From the NCBI GenBank assembly GCA_965248195.1, contig CBDFIQ010000002.1, positions 3,232,001 through 3,296,000 on the forward strand: a stretch of DNA of 64,000 nt. Reading direction: 5' to 3'. The notes below the pieces were generated by a model. It saw nothing but the letters and a program-made list of their open reading frames with translations, was not told the origin of the DNA and did no database searches. A program made the translations under genes and the position numbers. The stretch comes from Longimicrobiales bacterium (GTDB lineage Bacteria > Gemmatimonadota > Gemmatimonadetes > Longimicrobiales > Gaopeijiaceae). This document shows positions 61,579 through 64,000 of this stretch, piece by piece (the stretch's first letter is position 1; every line of letters begins with the position of its first letter).

Positions 61579-61787
61579 GGGTGCTCCTTTGGGCTCGAGG
61601 GATCGGCCCACCGCTTCGGACCGACCGGACAACATGAGGCGGTGATAGGGTTGGGAAAAGACCAGCACCCGGAAGCAGGAGGAGGCGATTAGCGGTCCGT
61701 TCGCTTGGCGAATGTCGTGGCGACCGTCTATCTTCGGCGCGCCGACGTCAACCCGTGAGCGCTTTCCTCGCCTTGGATAGGAATCGC

Positions 61788-63044
61788 ATGGAGCACAATC
61801 CGGACGCACCCTGGTACCGCCGGTTGCACTGGCAGGTGTTGATCGCCATGGTCCTCGGCGCCCTGGTCGGAGCTCAGTTCGGTGAGCCGATGGCGGATCG
61901 GGTCGGATGGATCGGCGACCTGTTCATGAAGCTGCTCCGTATGATCATCGTGCCGCTGGTGCTGACGTCGATCATTTCGGGCGTGGCGTCGGTGGGCGGG
62001 GGCCGTGCCCTCGGGCGCCTGTTCAGCAAGACGCTGGGCTACTACCTGCTCTCGAGCTTCCTTGCGGCCTTCGTCGGACTGTTGATGGTCAACCTCATCC
62101 GTCCGGGGGTGGGGGCCAACCTGACGGGCACGGATCAAGAAGCGCTCCCTGAGCTGTCCACGCCGGATTCGCCGATCCAACTCCTTTTGGACATCGTCCC
62201 GCAAAACGTCATTCAGGCCGCGGCCACGGCCGACATGCTGGCGCTGATCTTTTTCTGTATCGTCTTCGGCGCCGCGCTCACCACGCTACCGGACAAGACC
62301 CGGGAGCCACTGGTCCAGTTCTTCGAGGCGCTCTTCCATGTGATGATGAACCTCACGTCGGGTATCATCAGATTCTTGCCGATCGGGGTGTTCGCGCTGA
62401 TCACGCGGATGGTCGGAACGACCGGATTCGACGCCTTCCGACCGCTCGCGATGTATGCGCTCACGATTTTTTCCGGCGTGACGATCCACTTCTTCGTGAG
62501 CTTGCCGATCCTGTTGATCCTTGTCGGCCGGATCTCTCCGCGCATCCACTTCGCCAACATGCGTGAGCCGCTGCTGATTGCATTCTCGACCAGCTCCTCC
62601 GGGGCGACGCTGCCCGTGACGATGAAAGTGGTCGAGGAAAAGGTGGGCGTATCGAACAAGATCGCGTCCTTCGTTCTGCCGATGGGGGCGACGGTCAACA
62701 TGGACGGCACGGCGGTCTTCGAGTGTGCGGGTGCCCTCTTCATTGCGCAGGCGCTGGGATTCGATCTGACGATAATGCAGCAGGGGATCGTCGTGCTGAC
62801 GGCCCTCCTGGCGTCGATCGGAGCGGCGGCCGTGCCCTCGGCGGGGCTCGTGGTGATCTTCATCGTGCTCGAGGCAATTGGCCTCAGTGGCCCGAATGTG
62901 AATGTGATCGTAGGCTCGATGCTCGCCATCGACCGGCCGCTCGATATGTACCGCACGGCCGTGAACATCTTCAGCGACTCCTGCGGTGCCGCGATCATCG
63001 CGCGCTCGGAGGGCGAGACCGGGGTCGATACCGAGGTGCGGTAG
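61788..63044 (+). CDS. Dicarboxylate/amino acid:cation symporter (GltP/DAACS family)
   Basis: [29 protein letters not shown]. Confidence 0.95.
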   Translation: MEHNPDAPWYRRLHWQVLIAMVLGALVGAQFGEPMADRVGWIGDLFMKLLRMIIVPLVLTSIISGVASVGGGRALGRLFSKTLGYYLLSSFLAAFVGLLMVNLIRPGVGANLTGTDQEALPELSTPDSPIQLLLDIVPQNVIQAAATADMLALIFFCIVFGAALTTLPDKTREPLVQFFEALFHVMMNLTSGIIRFLPIGVFALITRMVGTTGFDAFRPLAMYALTIFSGVTIHFFVSLPILLILVGRISPRIHFANMREPLLIAFSTSSSGATLPVTMKVVEEKVGVSNKIASFVLPMGATVNMDGTAVFECAGALFIAQALGFDLTIMQQGIVVLTALLASIGAAAVPSAGLVVIFIVLEAIGLSGPNVNVIVGSMLAIDRPLDMYRTAVNIFSDSCGAAIIARSEGETGVDTEVR

Positions 63045-63107
63045 GCCGGCTGGGTTGGCTAGGGGATCGGCCTATTGTCATCGGCGACCTGGCGAGGAGG
63101 TAACGCG

Positions 63108-64000
63108 GTGGAGTTCAGGGGTCCTGCTAGAGGGATGTTGCTGATCGTGGCGGCGTTCTTGGGGACTGTGTCTTGCTCTCGCGATGCCGAGCTGTCCATG
63201 GAAGTGGACATGGATCCTGTGCCCGTCGTCTCGAGCCCGGTGTTGCGGGCTGCCATGCTCGAAGAGGAGGACGCGCGGGGCACGGGAGTGTCGGGGATCG
63301 AGTCCCTGCGCGAGGGCCTCATCGCACCGGACGCCGAGGTCCAGCGGCTGGCGGTGCGCGGCATCGGGCGCCTCGAGGATCCCCAGTTCATCCCACTGAC
63401 CTTTCCGCTCCTCTTCTCCAGTGACGAGACGGTCCGAGCCGAGGCCGTCAACGCGCTGGGACAGGCGGCGTTCGGCTCGCTTGGTGACGAGGTCGCGGAT
63501 GTGCTCTTCGAGTACCTCGTTCGGGAGAGTCAAGAGGGTCCGGCCGTACGCGGGGTGATCGGTCGTACCCTGGGACGCCTCCGGTACGCGGACGCGGGCC
63601 GTTTTCGGCGCGCCGAAGAGACGCTGCTCGATTTAACGCACGACGGGGCTGGGGACGCGCCGCTCGTGACGCTCGTGGGTGCCGTGATGGGCTTGGAGTC
63701 GATGGCTCGTCGCACCGGACGGGGCAGGATGTCGGAGGCGTCTGTCGAGAGGCTGAGCGAGTTGGCTGCCCTCGGGCGTGCGGCAGACCCCGCGGGGTCC
63801 GAGGACGGGAGCGTTGCGGATCCCCTGCGACTCGGCGATGCGGTGCGGGTCCGCCGTGTAGCCATGATGGCCCTGTTCACGATCGGTGAGGTGGGGTCGA
63901 ACGTCCTCGAGGGCGCCATGCACGACCCGGATCCCGACGTACGGCGTCTGGCCGTGATGGTCATCGGGCGGGGTCCCTCTGCTGAGGGCGCCTCGGAGCT
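63108..64000 (+). CDS. HEAT-repeat lipoprotein (3'-partial)
   Basis: GAGGAGG SD and GTG; lipobox TVSC; repeats DAEVQRLAVRGIGRL, DETVRAEAVNALGQ, DPDVRRLAV. Confidence 0.8.
   Translation, partial: MEFRGPARGMLLIVAAFLGTVSCSRDAELSMEVDMDPVPVVSSPVLRAAMLEEEDARGTGVSGIESLREGLIAPDAEVQRLAVRGIGRLEDPQFIPLTFPLLFSSDETVRAEAVNALGQAAFGSLGDEVADVLFEYLVRESQEGPAVRGVIGRTLGRLRYADAGRFRRAEETLLDLTHDGAGDAPLVTLVGAVMGLESMARRTGRGRMSEASVERLSELAALGRAADPAGSEDGSVADPLRLGDAVRVRRVAMMALFTIGEVGSNVLEGAMHDPDPDVRRLAVMVIGRGPSAEGASE

Overview
GC-rich bacterial chromosome segment, mostly core genes. The gene content (PadR plus duplicated MacB/FtsX permease, PorX-like regulator beside msbA/lpxL, many small zinc-ribbon hypotheticals) suggests Gemmatimonadota or a similar diderm; this is inference only. 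Recognisable genes: cyclophilin, infA, hup, RhlE-type DEAD helicase, apaG, M16 peptidase, typA, dCMP deaminase, serA, ctaB/cyoE with HemQ, an LPS/lipid A block, thiolase/hbd/crotonase, rpsU, ssb, recF-dciA-gyrB, lactate permease and a dicarboxylate symporter. One intact IS256 (8-bp target duplication) splits an ABC permease gene. Two genes carry single frameshifts that may be sequencing errors. The most striking region is 46.1-49.7 kb, between rpsU and ssb. Three of its five unannotated genes share a novel helical domain (L[RK]xxYxxYxxxQ[VI]-x48/49-PPFE[VT]W). Two of those also share a second novel domain, in opposite domain order. The locus also holds a small RHH-like protein, a promoter-plus-terminator sRNA candidate and AT-rich palindromes. 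Also notable: a catalytically dead DEAD-box/DbpA protein, a Cys-less cupredoxin and a rod-like structured leader before hup. No rRNA, tRNA or CRISPR array was seen.
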